A DNA stretch of 64,000 bases from an uncultured Chloroflexia bacterium (lineage in GTDB: Bacteria; Chloroflexota; Limnocylindria; Limnocylindrales; CSP1-4), in assembly GCA_963720755.1 (NCBI GenBank), contig CAVRGP010000011.1:160001-224000 (forward strand). The letters run 5' to 3'. Positions 46,621 through 56,542 of the stretch are shown one piece after another. The translations under genes were made by a program, and so were the position numbers. The notes below the pieces were generated by a model. It was given only the letters and a program-made list of their open reading frames with translations, was not told the origin of the DNA and searched no databases. How positions within the stretch are numbered: position 1 is the first letter of the stretch; each line of letters begins with the position of its first letter.

Positions 46621-46649
46621 TTGACCTGTCAGATGCCCTCGGCTATGCT
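46621..46649 (+). promoter_or_regulatory. Promoter of rpsU
   Basis: TTGACC-N17-TATGCT. Confidence 0.7.
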
Positions 46650-46750
46650 CCGCCAGCCCTGAACGGCTTTCCGTCCAGGTGGCTCCCGGACCGGTCGGCC
46701 GCGTTTCGGAAGCGTCCTCACGACCCATGGCCTGGGGAGGTGAACCGGGA

Positions 46751-46936
46751 TTGGCAGAAGTCCGAGTGGGTGAGAACGAGACGTTCGAAAGCGCCCTGCG
46801 TCGCTTCAACAAAAAGATCCAGCAGAGCGGCATCCTCGCCGAAGCTCGCCGACGCGAGCACTACGAGAAGCCCTCTGTGAAGCGCAAGCGCAAGGAAGCC
46901 AAGCGCAAGAAGAACGCCCGAACGCAGGTCGGCTGA
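46751..46936 (+). CDS. rpsU: 30S ribosomal protein S21
   Basis: GGAGGTG SD, TTG start; [11 protein letters not shown]...[10 protein letters not shown]. Confidence 0.96.
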   Translation: MAEVRVGENETFESALRRFNKKIQQSGILAEARRREHYEKPSVKRKRKEAKRKKNARTQVG

Positions 46937-47032
46937 GCGGGCCCCCAGCCCGACCCAAGCGCCTGTACCCCGCGGGCCTATCGACGGGTCGTCGTGATGA
47001 ACGAGGATCCGCCCGCCCGAGGTGCCAGACCG

Positions 47033-47512
47033 GTGTCCCTTCACGATCGCATCCAGACCGACATCGCCGCCGCCATGCGGGCGGGTGACGGCCTGCGTCG
47101 CGATGTCCTGCGAATGGTCGTGAGTGCCGCCTACACCATCGAAAAGAAGCAGGGCCGCGCCCTGACCGACGACGAGTACCTGTCGGTGCTGAGCCGCGAA
47201 GTCAAGACCCGTCGCGAGTCGGTCGAGGCGTTCCGGGCGGGCCACCGCGAGGACCTCGCGGCCAAGGAAGAAGCGGAGATCGCGATCATCGCCGGATACC
47301 TGCCCGCCGCCCTGTCGGACGCGGAGATCGAGCGGCTGGTCCGCGAGGGGATCGCCGCCACGGGTGCGTCGAGCGCACGCGACATGGGCAAGGTCATGGG
47401 CTGGCTGGCTCCGCGGACGCGGGGCCGGGCGGACGGGAAGCGGGTCAGCGAGCTCGTCGTCCAGACGCTCGCGGCGGCCGATCTCGCCGCGCACGATCAT
47501 GGCAGCGCTTGA
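47033..47512 (+). CDS. GatB/YqeY domain protein
   Basis: SLHDRI..D...AM, RRESVEAF, YLPAALS, DMGKVMG, GRADGK. Confidence 0.92.
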   Translation: MSLHDRIQTDIAAAMRAGDGLRRDVLRMVVSAAYTIEKKQGRALTDDEYLSVLSREVKTRRESVEAFRAGHREDLAAKEEAEIAIIAGYLPAALSDAEIERLVREGIAATGASSARDMGKVMGWLAPRTRGRADGKRVSELVVQTLAAADLAAHDHGSA

Positions 47513-47533
47513 ACCCGGGCGGATGATGAGATC

Positions 47534-49672
47534 ATGCTGAACCAGCAGGCCGACAGCTCGACGCAGTTCACCCGCCACGATCTGCCGCGCCTGCTGATCG
47601 CCGCGGGCATCCTGATCGTGGCCCTGACGGTGGTCCTCGGAGCCGACATCGTCCCGCAGACGCCACTCGACGTGACCGCGGGCCAACTCGCGACCAAGGA
47701 CATCGTGGCCCCGCGTGCGATCGAATTCGACAGCACGGTCCAGACGGAGGAGGCGAAGACAGCGGCCCGCGCGGCGGTGCCGTTCCAGTACAGCTTCACG
47801 TCCGAGAACGCGATCGCGATCGCGGCGGCCCAGCAGATCGCCTTCGAGCAACGGGTTTCGCGCGTCGACACGATGTTCGCCGCCGACCTCAGTGACGAGG
47901 CCCGGGCGGCACTCCTGACCTCGGCGATCCCGGACCTCTCGGACGGCGCTCAAGCGACGCTGGTCGGGCTCGATGTGGCGGGTTGGGCGAACGTCCGCAC
48001 GGAGTCGGCGCGCGTCCTCGACGCGACCCTCCGGACCGAGCTCCGAGACACGGAGGTGGACGATACTCGCGCCCAGATCGCCGGGCGGATGGCCGGCGGC
48101 CTCGATGAGGCACAGCGGATGCTGGCGGCCGAGATCATCGCACCACTCATCGTCGCGAATTCCTCGTTCAGCGAGGAGTTGACGGCCCAGGCCCGCGACA
48201 AGGCCGCGGAGGCGGTCGCGCCGGTCCCGGTCACCATCCGCCAGGGCGAAGTGATCGTTCGCAACGGGTCGCCACTCACCGCCGCGGATGTCGAGAAGAT
48301 CGATGCCCTCGGGCTCAACGTGGCGCAACCGGACGTGGCCAGTTTCGGCGGCTGGCTGCTCCTGGCGATCCTCGTCGTCGGGATGCTGCTGGCCTGGATC
48401 TGGCGGTTCCGGCCGGGCCTCTGGCACCGCGACAACGTCCTGATCCTCATCGGCCTACTCGTCGTCGGCGCGACCGTCGCCCTCAAGGTCACCGCGGATC
48501 GACCGACCCTGCCGTTCTTCCTGCCGACGGCGGCTATCGCCATCCTCCTGGCCATCCTGCTCGATGCGACAGTCGCGACGATCGTCATCGCCCTGGTCGC
48601 GCTCATCGGCGGTGCGGTGAACGGCGGCTCGCTCGAGTTCGCCACGTACATCTTCCTTGGTGGTCTGGCCGGGGTCGTCGTCATCCGCAAGGGCGATCGA
48701 CTGCAGGCGTTCGTCCAGGCCGCCGTGGTCGTCTTCGTCACCAACGCGCTGGTCGTGACGGTGTTCTCGCTCCTGGGAGCTCGTGATGTTCGGGGGATCC
48801 TCGAACTCTGGTTCGCGTCGGCGACATCTGCGGCCGGCTCCGGGGTGGCCGCTGCCGGGACGTTCGCCGTTCTCGGTTCGGTGTTCGGGATCCTGACCGT
48901 GTTCCAGCTGCTCGAACTGGCGAACCCATCACAACCGCTGCTGCGCCGGCTGCTCGTCGAGACGCCGGGGACGTATCACCACTCGCTGATGGTCGGCAAT
49001 CTTGCCGAGCGGGCGGCGGAGGCGATCGGTGCCGATCCGCTGGTGACCCGCGTCGCCGCGTACTACCACGATGTCGGCAAGCTGGCGAACCCGCTCGCGT
49101 TCATCGAGAACCAGGCCGGCGGCGAGAACATCCACGACCAGCTCGACCCGGAGGTCAGCGCCCGGGTCCTCAAGCAGCACGTCGTCGACGGCATCGACCT
49201 CGCCTACAAGGCGCATCTGCCGAAGGCGCTCATCGCCTACATCCCACAGCATCACGGGACGGCGATCATGAGCTACTTCTTCGCTCGGGCGAAGGAACTG
49301 GCCGCGCCCGGCGAGATCGTCGACGAGCGGAAGTTCCGGCACGCCGGACCGAAACCGCAATCGCGTGAAGCGGCTCTGATCATGCTCGCCGATGGGGTCG
49401 AGGCCTCGGTCAGATCGCTGGCGGCCCGCGATGAGCCGGCGATCCGGGCCATGGTTTCGCGGATCATCGACGAGCGCGTCGGCGACGGCCAGTTCGACGA
49501 ATGCGACCTGACCCTGCGCGACCTCGATCGGATCCGCGAGGCATTCGTCGGCCAGCTCCTCGGGATGTATCACACCCGGATCGCGTATCCGCAAAGTACG
49601 GTCGTCGAACTCGAATCGAGACGCGCCGCGAGTGGCGGTGGGTCGAGTGGAGGGAGCGGCCCGGCTTCGTGA
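47534..49672 (+). CDS. 7TM-HD phosphohydrolase (PgpH-like c-di-AMP phosphodiesterase family)
   Basis: Extracellular domain, 7 TM, PGTYHHS, YHDVGK, FIENQ, QHHGT, GPKPQSRE, MLAD, RIAYP. Confidence 0.9.
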   Translation: MLNQQADSSTQFTRHDLPRLLIAAGILIVALTVVLGADIVPQTPLDVTAGQLATKDIVAPRAIEFDSTVQTEEAKTAARAAVPFQYSFTSENAIAIAAAQQIAFEQRVSRVDTMFAADLSDEARAALLTSAIPDLSDGAQATLVGLDVAGWANVRTESARVLDATLRTELRDTEVDDTRAQIAGRMAGGLDEAQRMLAAEIIAPLIVANSSFSEELTAQARDKAAEAVAPVPVTIRQGEVIVRNGSPLTAADVEKIDALGLNVAQPDVASFGGWLLLAILVVGMLLAWIWRFRPGLWHRDNVLILIGLLVVGATVALKVTADRPTLPFFLPTAAIAILLAILLDATVATIVIALVALIGGAVNGGSLEFATYIFLGGLAGVVVIRKGDRLQAFVQAAVVVFVTNALVVTVFSLLGARDVRGILELWFASATSAAGSGVAAAGTFAVLGSVFGILTVFQLLELANPSQPLLRRLLVETPGTYHHSLMVGNLAERAAEAIGADPLVTRVAAYYHDVGKLANPLAFIENQAGGENIHDQLDPEVSARVLKQHVVDGIDLAYKAHLPKALIAYIPQHHGTAIMSYFFARAKELAAPGEIVDERKFRHAGPKPQSREAALIMLADGVEASVRSLAARDEPAIRAMVSRIIDERVGDGQFDECDLTLRDLDRIREAFVGQLLGMYHTRIAYPQSTVVELESRRAASGGGSSGGSGPAS

Positions 49673-50208
49673 CCCGGGCGATCTATCTCGGTCCCTGGCG
49701 AGTCGACCTGACCATCCGCGATGGGGTATCCGTGCCGGTCCCGGCGATCATCCTTGCCCGCGCGGTCGTCGAGGCGCTCCAGGTGGCTGACGCCCCTCGG
49801 CCGGCGTCGATCGGGCTGATCCTGTCCGACGACGACGAACTTGCCGTCCTGGATGCCGAGCACCTCGGCAAGGCTGGCCCGACCGACGTCCTGTCGTTCC
49901 CACTCCTGTCGCCCCAGGCATACCCACCGCACCCCGGCACCCGCCACGTCGCCGGCAGCGTCCCAACGACATTCGTGCTGCCGCCTGGCCGCCGCCTGCA
50001 CCTCGGCGACATCGTCGTTTCGGTCGAGCGAGCGACCGACCAGGCCGAACGTGGCCAGGGTGGCCAGACTGGCGACGTCCGCTGGTCGCCGGCCGACGAA
50101 CTCCGGCTGCTCGTGACCCACGGCACCCTGCACATCTGTGGCTGGGATCACGCGGAGCCGGACGAAGAGACGGCGATGCGCGCCCTGGAACGGCGATTGC
50201 TCGGCTGA
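49669..50208 (+). CDS. ybeY: rRNA maturation endoribonuclease YbeY
   Basis: PTDVLSFP, LGDIVVS, HGTLHICGWDH. Confidence 0.93.
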   Translation: MTRAIYLGPWRVDLTIRDGVSVPVPAIILARAVVEALQVADAPRPASIGLILSDDDELAVLDAEHLGKAGPTDVLSFPLLSPQAYPPHPGTRHVAGSVPTTFVLPPGRRLHLGDIVVSVERATDQAERGQGGQTGDVRWSPADELRLLVTHGTLHICGWDHAEPDEETAMRALERRLLG

Positions 50209-50340
50209 CCCGTACGGCGACGCCGGGCGACGGGGCCGGCGGCCGGGCGGATCGCCGCCTGAAGGATCCGACTGCTACCATCGTTCCGGGCCCTCCCGGA
50301 GCGGGATCGGGCCCTGTCGTGCTGTCTCTCGGAGGTCGTC

Positions 50341-51030
50341 GTGAAGGTCGTGGTCGGTCTGGGCAATCCGGGATCCCAGTACGCCGGCACGCGGCACAAC
50401 ATCGGCTGGCTGGTGATGGACCGGTTGGCCCAGCGCGCTGGCTGGACCGGCAAGGGACGCCAGCGCGACGCCTCGAACGTCGCGATGGGTCGGTTTCGTG
50501 GGCTCGACCTGACCCTGGTCAAACCGCTCACGTACATGAACGACTCCGGACTGGCCGTCCGGAAGGTCCTCGCTCGGGAGCACGCTCCACTCATCGACGT
50601 GCTGGTCGTCGCCGACGATTTCGCGCTGCCGTTCGGCAAGCTGCGTTTCCGCGAGGGTGGTGGACCCGGCGGTCACAACGGCCTGCGTTCGATCATCGAC
50701 GAGCTCGGGACCGAGAAGTTCGGCCGATTACGGATCGGGATCGGTGAGCCCGACCGGAGTGCCGTCGATCATGTCCTGGCGCGGTTCGCCCCGGACGAGC
50801 AGCAGCGTCTCGACGAGCTGCTCGACGCGGCCGCGGACGCGGTGGAAGCCTGGGCGCGCGACGGGACCAACAAGGCGGCAAACCGGTTCAACATGTTCGA
50901 GCTGCGGCCCGCCGACACATCGCGCCGGGCCGCGGCGGGCGAGGTCGACGGCCCGCCGGATGCGGACGGGATCCGGCGCACACGGACGGGCTGGCGACGG
51001 ATCCGGCCGCCCAGACCGCCGGACGCCTAG
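50341..51030 (+). CDS. pth: Peptidyl-tRNA hydrolase (about 40-aa C-terminal extension)
   Basis: VVGLGNPG..Y..TRHNIG, KPLTYMN, GGHNGLRS, RLRIGIG. Confidence 0.96.
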   Translation: MKVVVGLGNPGSQYAGTRHNIGWLVMDRLAQRAGWTGKGRQRDASNVAMGRFRGLDLTLVKPLTYMNDSGLAVRKVLAREHAPLIDVLVVADDFALPFGKLRFREGGGPGGHNGLRSIIDELGTEKFGRLRIGIGEPDRSAVDHVLARFAPDEQQRLDELLDAAADAVEAWARDGTNKAANRFNMFELRPADTSRRAAAGEVDGPPDADGIRRTRTGWRRIRPPRPPDA

Positions 51031-51032
51031 GC

Positions 51033-54000
51033 ATGCCCGATACCCCGTTGCGCGGTCGCCGTGGTCGTGATCGGCGGATCGCCGAACGGATCGCGACCGA
51101 CTTCGTCGCACGGCACCCCGCCGGGTCTCCCACCGACATGGTCGACTTCGACCTGGCCGCGGTCGACGCGGAGGTCGAGGACGCTCGACGCGCCGCAGCG
51201 TCGCCCCGCCCCGTCACGGAGCGAGCGCCTGCCAGCAGGGCCGGCGACAGGTCCGCAGCGACCGGTTCCGGCAGCGGTCACCGCCTGCCGGACCTCTCCG
51301 CGCTGCCGCCACTGCTCGCCACGACCGGTACGTTCCGTTCGCTCCGCGACCGACTTGCTCCGTCCGGCGACGACGCGCGACGACCCGGCCGTCACACGGG
51401 CCTGGTCTCGGTCCCCCATGGCGCGAAGAGCTATCTCGCCGCGGCCCTCGCGATGGCGCCTGCAGGCGAGCGGCTCGTCTGGATCGCCCGGGATGCAGAG
51501 ATCGGAGACCGCGTCGCCGAGGAATTGGGAGCGTGGCTCGGTGACCCGGAGGCGGTCGTCGTGCTGGAACCACGGACCTCGCTGGCGTACGAGCGGAGTG
51601 AACTCATCGCGGACGAGACGGCGGCCCGTGTCGCAGCCCTCGCCGCCTGGCGAAGCGGGCGCGCCCGGGTCCTCGTCGCCGGCGTCCAGGCATTGCTCCA
51701 GCACACCATCTCGCCCGCCGACCTGCCGCTCGCGCCGCGCGAGATCCGGGTCGGTGCGCGCCTGCATCAGGACGCCCTTCTGCGCGAGCTCTTCGATCTC
51801 GGTTACGTCCCCGTCACCGAGGTCGCGGGCCGTGGCGAATCCGCTCGTCGGGGCGGGATCGTCGACGTCTTCCCGCCGTCGTTGAGCCTGCCCATCCGGA
51901 TCGAGTTCTTCGGCGACGAGATCGACTCGCTTCGCGCCTTCGACCCGACCGACCAGCGCACCGTCGGATCCCTCGAGGCGGCGCTGCTCCTGCCCGCGTC
52001 GGAGTTCCTGCTGCCCCAGGGTGGCGTGGCGGTGATCCAGGATCGCCTGGGCCGATCGGCCAGCAGACTGCCGGAGCGCCTGGCCGCCGATCTGGCCCGA
52101 TTCGAGACGGACCCGATCTCGACGGCGGCCCGGTCGCAGTCGACCGCCGGTGCGTCGCGGGCGCTCGCCGTCGGCGATGCGGCTGAGGTCTGGGCCGCCC
52201 ACCTCGCACCGGCGACCGGCTGGGACCACGTCGAACCTGGGACCCTGCTGGTCCTTGACGAGCCCGGCGACATCGCCGAGGCGGCCGCCTTCCTGTGGCG
52301 TCAAGCGGATGAACGGCGCGCGGAACTGGTCGAGGCCGCCGAACTGCCGAAAGACTGGCCGTCGACCTACCTGCCGCCGCGCGAATGGAAGGGCCGCCTG
52401 GTCGCATCGCGGACGCTCGAGCTCACCTGGGAGTCGGTCCCACCCGAGGATGCCGCGATGGCTCGTGGTGCACTGTCGTCCGGCGATCCGTTCGGCTGGC
52501 GTGAACCGGTCCTGCCGCCGGGGCGAGCCGGACGGCTGGCCGAGGCGGTCGCCGGCTGGCAGGGCGACGGCGATCGGATCGTCCTGGCGTCGGACCAGGC
52601 GCCGAGACTTGCCGAGATCCTCGGCGAGGCCGGGCACCCCGTGGCTTCCGTCGACCGGCTGCAGGAGGCGCCGCCACCGGGCGCCATCGCCCTCATCGAG
52701 CGGACCCTCAATGGCGGCTTCATCGGCGGGCCAGACGGCGTGGCCTTCGTCACCGACCGGGAGCTGTTCGGGTCTGTCCGGGTGCGCCGTCCCCGGGCGC
52801 TCCGGCGGGTCGTCCCGCGCGACATTCTCGAGCGCCTCACCCCGGGCGACCTGGTCGTCCACATCGACCATGGCGTGGCCCGGTACGAGCAGATGCTCCG
52901 GCGCGGCGGAGCTGGCGAGGATCGCGACTACCTCGAGCTGTCGTTCGCCGGCGGTGACCGGATCTTCGTGCCGGTCGAGCAGATCGCCCGGGTCAGCCGC
53001 TACGCCGGCGGCGAGCGACCGTCGCTGTCGAAGCTGGGCGGGACCGAATGGCTGCGCGCCAAACAGCGGGTCCGCAAGGCCGTCGACGACCTGGCCGAGG
53101 ACCTTCTCGCGCTCTATGCATCGCGGGCCGATGCGCGCGGTCACGCCTTCGCCCCGGACACGCCATGGCAGGCCGAGATGGAAGCATCCTTCCCGTACGA
53201 GGAGACGATCGACCAGGCGCGCGCGGCCGCCGAGGTCAAGGCGGATATGGGGCTGGTGCGGCCGATGGATCGACTCGTGGTTGGCGACGTCGGCTATGGC
53301 AAGACTGAAGTCGCCCTGCGGGCCGCCTTCAAGGCGACCCAGGACGGCAAACAGGTCGCCGTCCTGGTCCCGACGACCGTCCTCGCCGCGCAGCACGAGG
53401 CGACGTTCTCGCAGCGGTTCGCTGCGTTCCCGCTCGAGGTCCGGTTGCTGTCCCGGTTCGTCGCGCCGACGACCCAGGCGGTGACCGTCGCAGGGCTTGC
53501 CGATGGGACCGTCGACGTCGTCATCGGGACGCATCGTCTGCTCAGCAAGGACATCCGGTTCCGCGACCTCGGTCTGGTCGTCGTGGACGAGGAGCAGCGG
53601 TTCGGCGTGGCGGCCAAGGAGCGCCTCAAGCAGTTGCGTCGGGAAGTCGATGTGCTGACCCTGTCGGCGACGCCCATCCCACGAACGCTCAACCTGGCCC
53701 TGGCCGGCATCCGCGACCTCAGCGTCATCGAGACCCCGCCGGAGGACCGGCTGCCGATCCAGACCCGCGTCGCCGAAGCGTCGGCGGGCCTCGTTCGCGA
53801 TGCGGTCCTGCGCGAGCTGGATCGAGGCGGTCAGGTCTTCTACGTCCACAACCGGGTCGAGACGATCGAGGCCCAGGCCGATCAGCTCCGACGGATGCTG
53901 CCGGGCGTGCGCTTCGTCGTCGGACACGGCCAGATGGCGGAGGGTGCCCTCGAGAAGGTCATGATCGCGTTTGCCGACGGCTCCGCCGACGTTCTCGTGT

Positions 54001-54851
54001 GCACCACGATCATCGAGTCCGGGCTCGATATCCCGAACGCCAATACGATCATCATCGACCGTGCCGACACGCTCGGGCTGGCCCAGCTCTATCAGCTTCG
54101 CGGACGGGTCGGACGATCGTCACGAAGGGCTTACGCCTACCTCCTGTATCGCCGCCGCGAGCGGCTGTCCGACGAGGCTCGCAAGCGGCTGCAGGCGATC
54201 TTCAACGCATCCGAGCTCGGGGCCGGTTTTCAGATCGCCCTGTCCGACCTCGAGATCCGTGGTGCCGGCAACATCCTCGGGGGGGAGCAGTCCGGCCACA
54301 TGGCGGCGGTCGGCTTCGATCTGTACTCCCGGCTGCTGGCGGAGGCGGTCGAGACGCGCAAGGCATCGATGGAGGGCCGCGCACCGATCATCGAGTCGCC
54401 TCAGACCGTCGTCGACCTGCCGGTCGAGGCCCACCTGCCGACCGAGTACGTTCCGGACGAGGCGCAGAAGCTCGAGCTGTACCGACGGCTCGCCCGAGCC
54501 AGGACGGCGGGCGACCTGGCGGCGTTCCGCCAGGAAGTGCTCGATCGCTATGGGCCGATGCCCGACCCGGTCACCCGGTTGATCGAGGTCGCGAGTCTGC
54601 GCCTGACCGCCGAAGCTGCCGGGATCGCCTCCATCTCGCGCGAAGAGGGCTGGCTGGTCGTCCGGTTCGGGGCCGGCCTCAGTCGGGCGACGGCGATAGG
54701 TCTGTTGGCCGGGCCGCCGTTGCCCGGGATCCGGCCATCGGACGTCACGTTCGCCAGCAACCAGGTCCGCCTTCGCCTGCCGGCCGATCCGCGCAAGGGC
54801 TGGACCCTGACCCAGGCCATCGTCGCCAGGCTGTCGGCGTCGTCCGGTTAG
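51033..54851 (+). CDS. mfd: Transcription-repair coupling factor
   Basis: RRGGIVDVFP, GDLVVHIDHGV, GDVGYGKTEVA, DEEQRFGV, QLRGRVGRS, DLEIRGAGNILG. Confidence 0.97.
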   Translation: MPDTPLRGRRGRDRRIAERIATDFVARHPAGSPTDMVDFDLAAVDAEVEDARRAAASPRPVTERAPASRAGDRSAATGSGSGHRLPDLSALPPLLATTGTFRSLRDRLAPSGDDARRPGRHTGLVSVPHGAKSYLAAALAMAPAGERLVWIARDAEIGDRVAEELGAWLGDPEAVVVLEPRTSLAYERSELIADETAARVAALAAWRSGRARVLVAGVQALLQHTISPADLPLAPREIRVGARLHQDALLRELFDLGYVPVTEVAGRGESARRGGIVDVFPPSLSLPIRIEFFGDEIDSLRAFDPTDQRTVGSLEAALLLPASEFLLPQGGVAVIQDRLGRSASRLPERLAADLARFETDPISTAARSQSTAGASRALAVGDAAEVWAAHLAPATGWDHVEPGTLLVLDEPGDIAEAAAFLWRQADERRAELVEAAELPKDWPSTYLPPREWKGRLVASRTLELTWESVPPEDAAMARGALSSGDPFGWREPVLPPGRAGRLAEAVAGWQGDGDRIVLASDQAPRLAEILGEAGHPVASVDRLQEAPPPGAIALIERTLNGGFIGGPDGVAFVTDRELFGSVRVRRPRALRRVVPRDILERLTPGDLVVHIDHGVARYEQMLRRGGAGEDRDYLELSFAGGDRIFVPVEQIARVSRYAGGERPSLSKLGGTEWLRAKQRVRKAVDDLAEDLLALYASRADARGHAFAPDTPWQAEMEASFPYEETIDQARAAAEVKADMGLVRPMDRLVVGDVGYGKTEVALRAAFKATQDGKQVAVLVPTTVLAAQHEATFSQRFAAFPLEVRLLSRFVAPTTQAVTVAGLADGTVDVVIGTHRLLSKDIRFRDLGLVVVDEEQRFGVAAKERLKQLRREVDVLTLSATPIPRTLNLALAGIRDLSVIETPPEDRLPIQTRVAEASAGLVRDAVLRELDRGGQVFYVHNRVETIEAQADQLRRMLPGVRFVVGHGQMAEGALEKVMIAFADGSADVLVCTTIIESGLDIPNANTIIIDRADTLGLAQLYQLRGRVGRSSRRAYAYLLYRRRERLSDEARKRLQAIFNASELGAGFQIALSDLEIRGAGNILGGEQSGHMAAVGFDLYSRLLAEAVETRKASMEGRAPIIESPQTVVDLPVEAHLPTEYVPDEAQKLELYRRLARARTAGDLAAFRQEVLDRYGPMPDPVTRLIEVASLRLTAEAAGIASISREEGWLVVRFGAGLSRATAIGLLAGPPLPGIRPSDVTFASNQVRLRLPADPRKGWTLTQAIVARLSASSG

Positions 54852-54880
54852 GGTCGCGCCGGCAGGCATAGCATATGGCG

Positions 54881-55657
54881 ATGGACACCAACGACCGGCG
54901 CCCGGCCCTGACGGAGCACGCGACCCGCAACCGGGCCATGTGGGATGCCTACAGCGACGAGTACCAGGCCACCCACGGCGCACAACTCGCCGAGAGCGGC
55001 GGCATGGCCTGGGGGACCGCCCAGATCCCCGAGACCGAGCTGCACGTCCTCGGCGACATCGCCGGCAAGGACATCCTCGAATTCGGATGCGGGGCCGCCC
55101 AATGGTCGATCGCCCTGGCCACGCATGGCGCCCGACCGGTCGGGATCGATCTGTCCCAGCGTCAGCTCGAATACGCGAGTCGCCTCATGGCCGAGGCCGG
55201 TGTCTCGTTCCCGCTCATCCACACCAGCGCGGAAGCCGTGCCGCTCCCGGACGCCTCGTTCGACATCGTCTTCTGCGACCACGGAGCGATGACCTTCGCG
55301 GATCCATACCTGACCGTGCCGGAAGTGGCCCGACTCCTGCGTCCCGGTGGCCTGTTCGCGTTCAACCATCACTCGCCGATCGAGACGATCTGCTGGCCGC
55401 TCGACGCAGAGCGGGTCGGAGAGCGGTTGGCCCTCGACTACTTCGGGATGTACCGGATCGACGACGGCGAGGAGATCTCGTTCCAGCTGCCGTACGGTGA
55501 GTGGGTCCGGCTGTTCCGAGCCAACGGCTTCACGATCGAAGATCTGATCGAACCGCGTCCGACCGCCGAGGCCACGAGTTCCTACCGGGACGCCGAACAG
55601 CTGGCGTGGGCACGACGCTGGCCGTCGGAGTCGATCTGGCGACTGCGGCGAGCCTGA
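54881..55657 (+). CDS. Class I SAM-dependent methyltransferase
   Basis: ILEFGCGAAQWS, GIDLS, FDIVF, LLRPGG. Confidence 0.88.
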   Translation: MDTNDRRPALTEHATRNRAMWDAYSDEYQATHGAQLAESGGMAWGTAQIPETELHVLGDIAGKDILEFGCGAAQWSIALATHGARPVGIDLSQRQLEYASRLMAEAGVSFPLIHTSAEAVPLPDASFDIVFCDHGAMTFADPYLTVPEVARLLRPGGLFAFNHHSPIETICWPLDAERVGERLALDYFGMYRIDDGEEISFQLPYGEWVRLFRANGFTIEDLIEPRPTAEATSSYRDAEQLAWARRWPSESIWRLRRA

Positions 55658-55661
55658 CCGG

Positions 55662-55994
55662 TCAGGCTTCGGAGTCGTCCAGGCCGTGCAGGGCGCCCGA
55701 TCCATGCAGTTCGACGAGCGTTTCCCGCCGGCCCCCCGCGCCGACCTGTCGATCGGCGACGACGCAATGGCCTGACAGCGAGCGTCCATCGGCGGTGCGA
55801 CCGGTCAGCTCGCCCTCATCGAGTTCGGGGCCGACCCTTGTCACGATCCGGGCGCTCCAGCGCGACTGCCCTGCGTCGTCGTCCCAGCAGTCCACGGTCG
55901 CCCCGGGCAGCCCGACGCCACCGAACGTGACATCGTGGATGGCGAAGCGAAGATGCCGGGTGGTCACCCACACACGGTACCAGTCCGGCGCCAT
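55662..55994 (-). CDS. Hypothetical protein
   Basis: 110-aa ORF filling the gap between plus-strand genes; GC3-biased codons. Confidence 0.6.
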   Translation of the reverse strand: MAPDWYRVWVTTRHLRFAIHDVTFGGVGLPGATVDCWDDDAGQSRWSARIVTRVGPELDEGELTGRTADGRSLSGHCVVADRQVGAGGRRETLVELHGSGALHGLDDSEA

Positions 55995-56077
55995 GTGGCT
56001 CGGTCGCCGGTGCCGGCGTACCATTTCACGGCTGCGGGACCGGGCAGGGAACCGCGGGCAGGAGGGTGGGACCGGAG

Positions 56078-56539
56078 ATGGCGGAATTGACCAATGAGGA
56101 GGTCATCCACGCGTATCTGCGTGCACTGACCGATAACGCTGGGGACGCGCTGGGACGATTGCGCGATCCCGACTACGTCCTTGACTACCCGCAGTCGGGC
56201 GAGCGCATCCGCGGCCACGCGATGGAACGGATGATCGCGGACCACTATCCGGGCGGCGTCCCGGACGTTCTCGAAGGCTCGGCCCGGGTGGTCGGCAGCG
56301 AGGACAAGTGGGTCGTCACCCCGAGTTTCACCTTCGAGCGGATCGCGGGAAGCGGCGAGACGTGGTGGTTCGAGGGGAAGGCGCGCTACGCGGACGGCTC
56401 CGTCTGGCACCTCGTCTCGATGTGTCGCCTGCGCGATGGTCGCGTGTTCCGCGAGGTGAACTACTGGGCGGAACCGTTCGATCCACCCGCCTGGCGGGCC
56501 GCCTGGGTCGAGCCCATCGAGCACGGCCCAGCGTCCTAG
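56078..56539 (+). CDS. SnoaL/NTF2-like protein
   Basis: DYPQSGERIRG, LRDGRVFREVNYWAEPF.PPAWR. Confidence 0.85.
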   Translation: MAELTNEEVIHAYLRALTDNAGDALGRLRDPDYVLDYPQSGERIRGHAMERMIADHYPGGVPDVLEGSARVVGSEDKWVVTPSFTFERIAGSGETWWFEGKARYADGSVWHLVSMCRLRDGRVFREVNYWAEPFDPPAWRAAWVEPIEHGPAS

Positions 56540-56542
56540 CGC

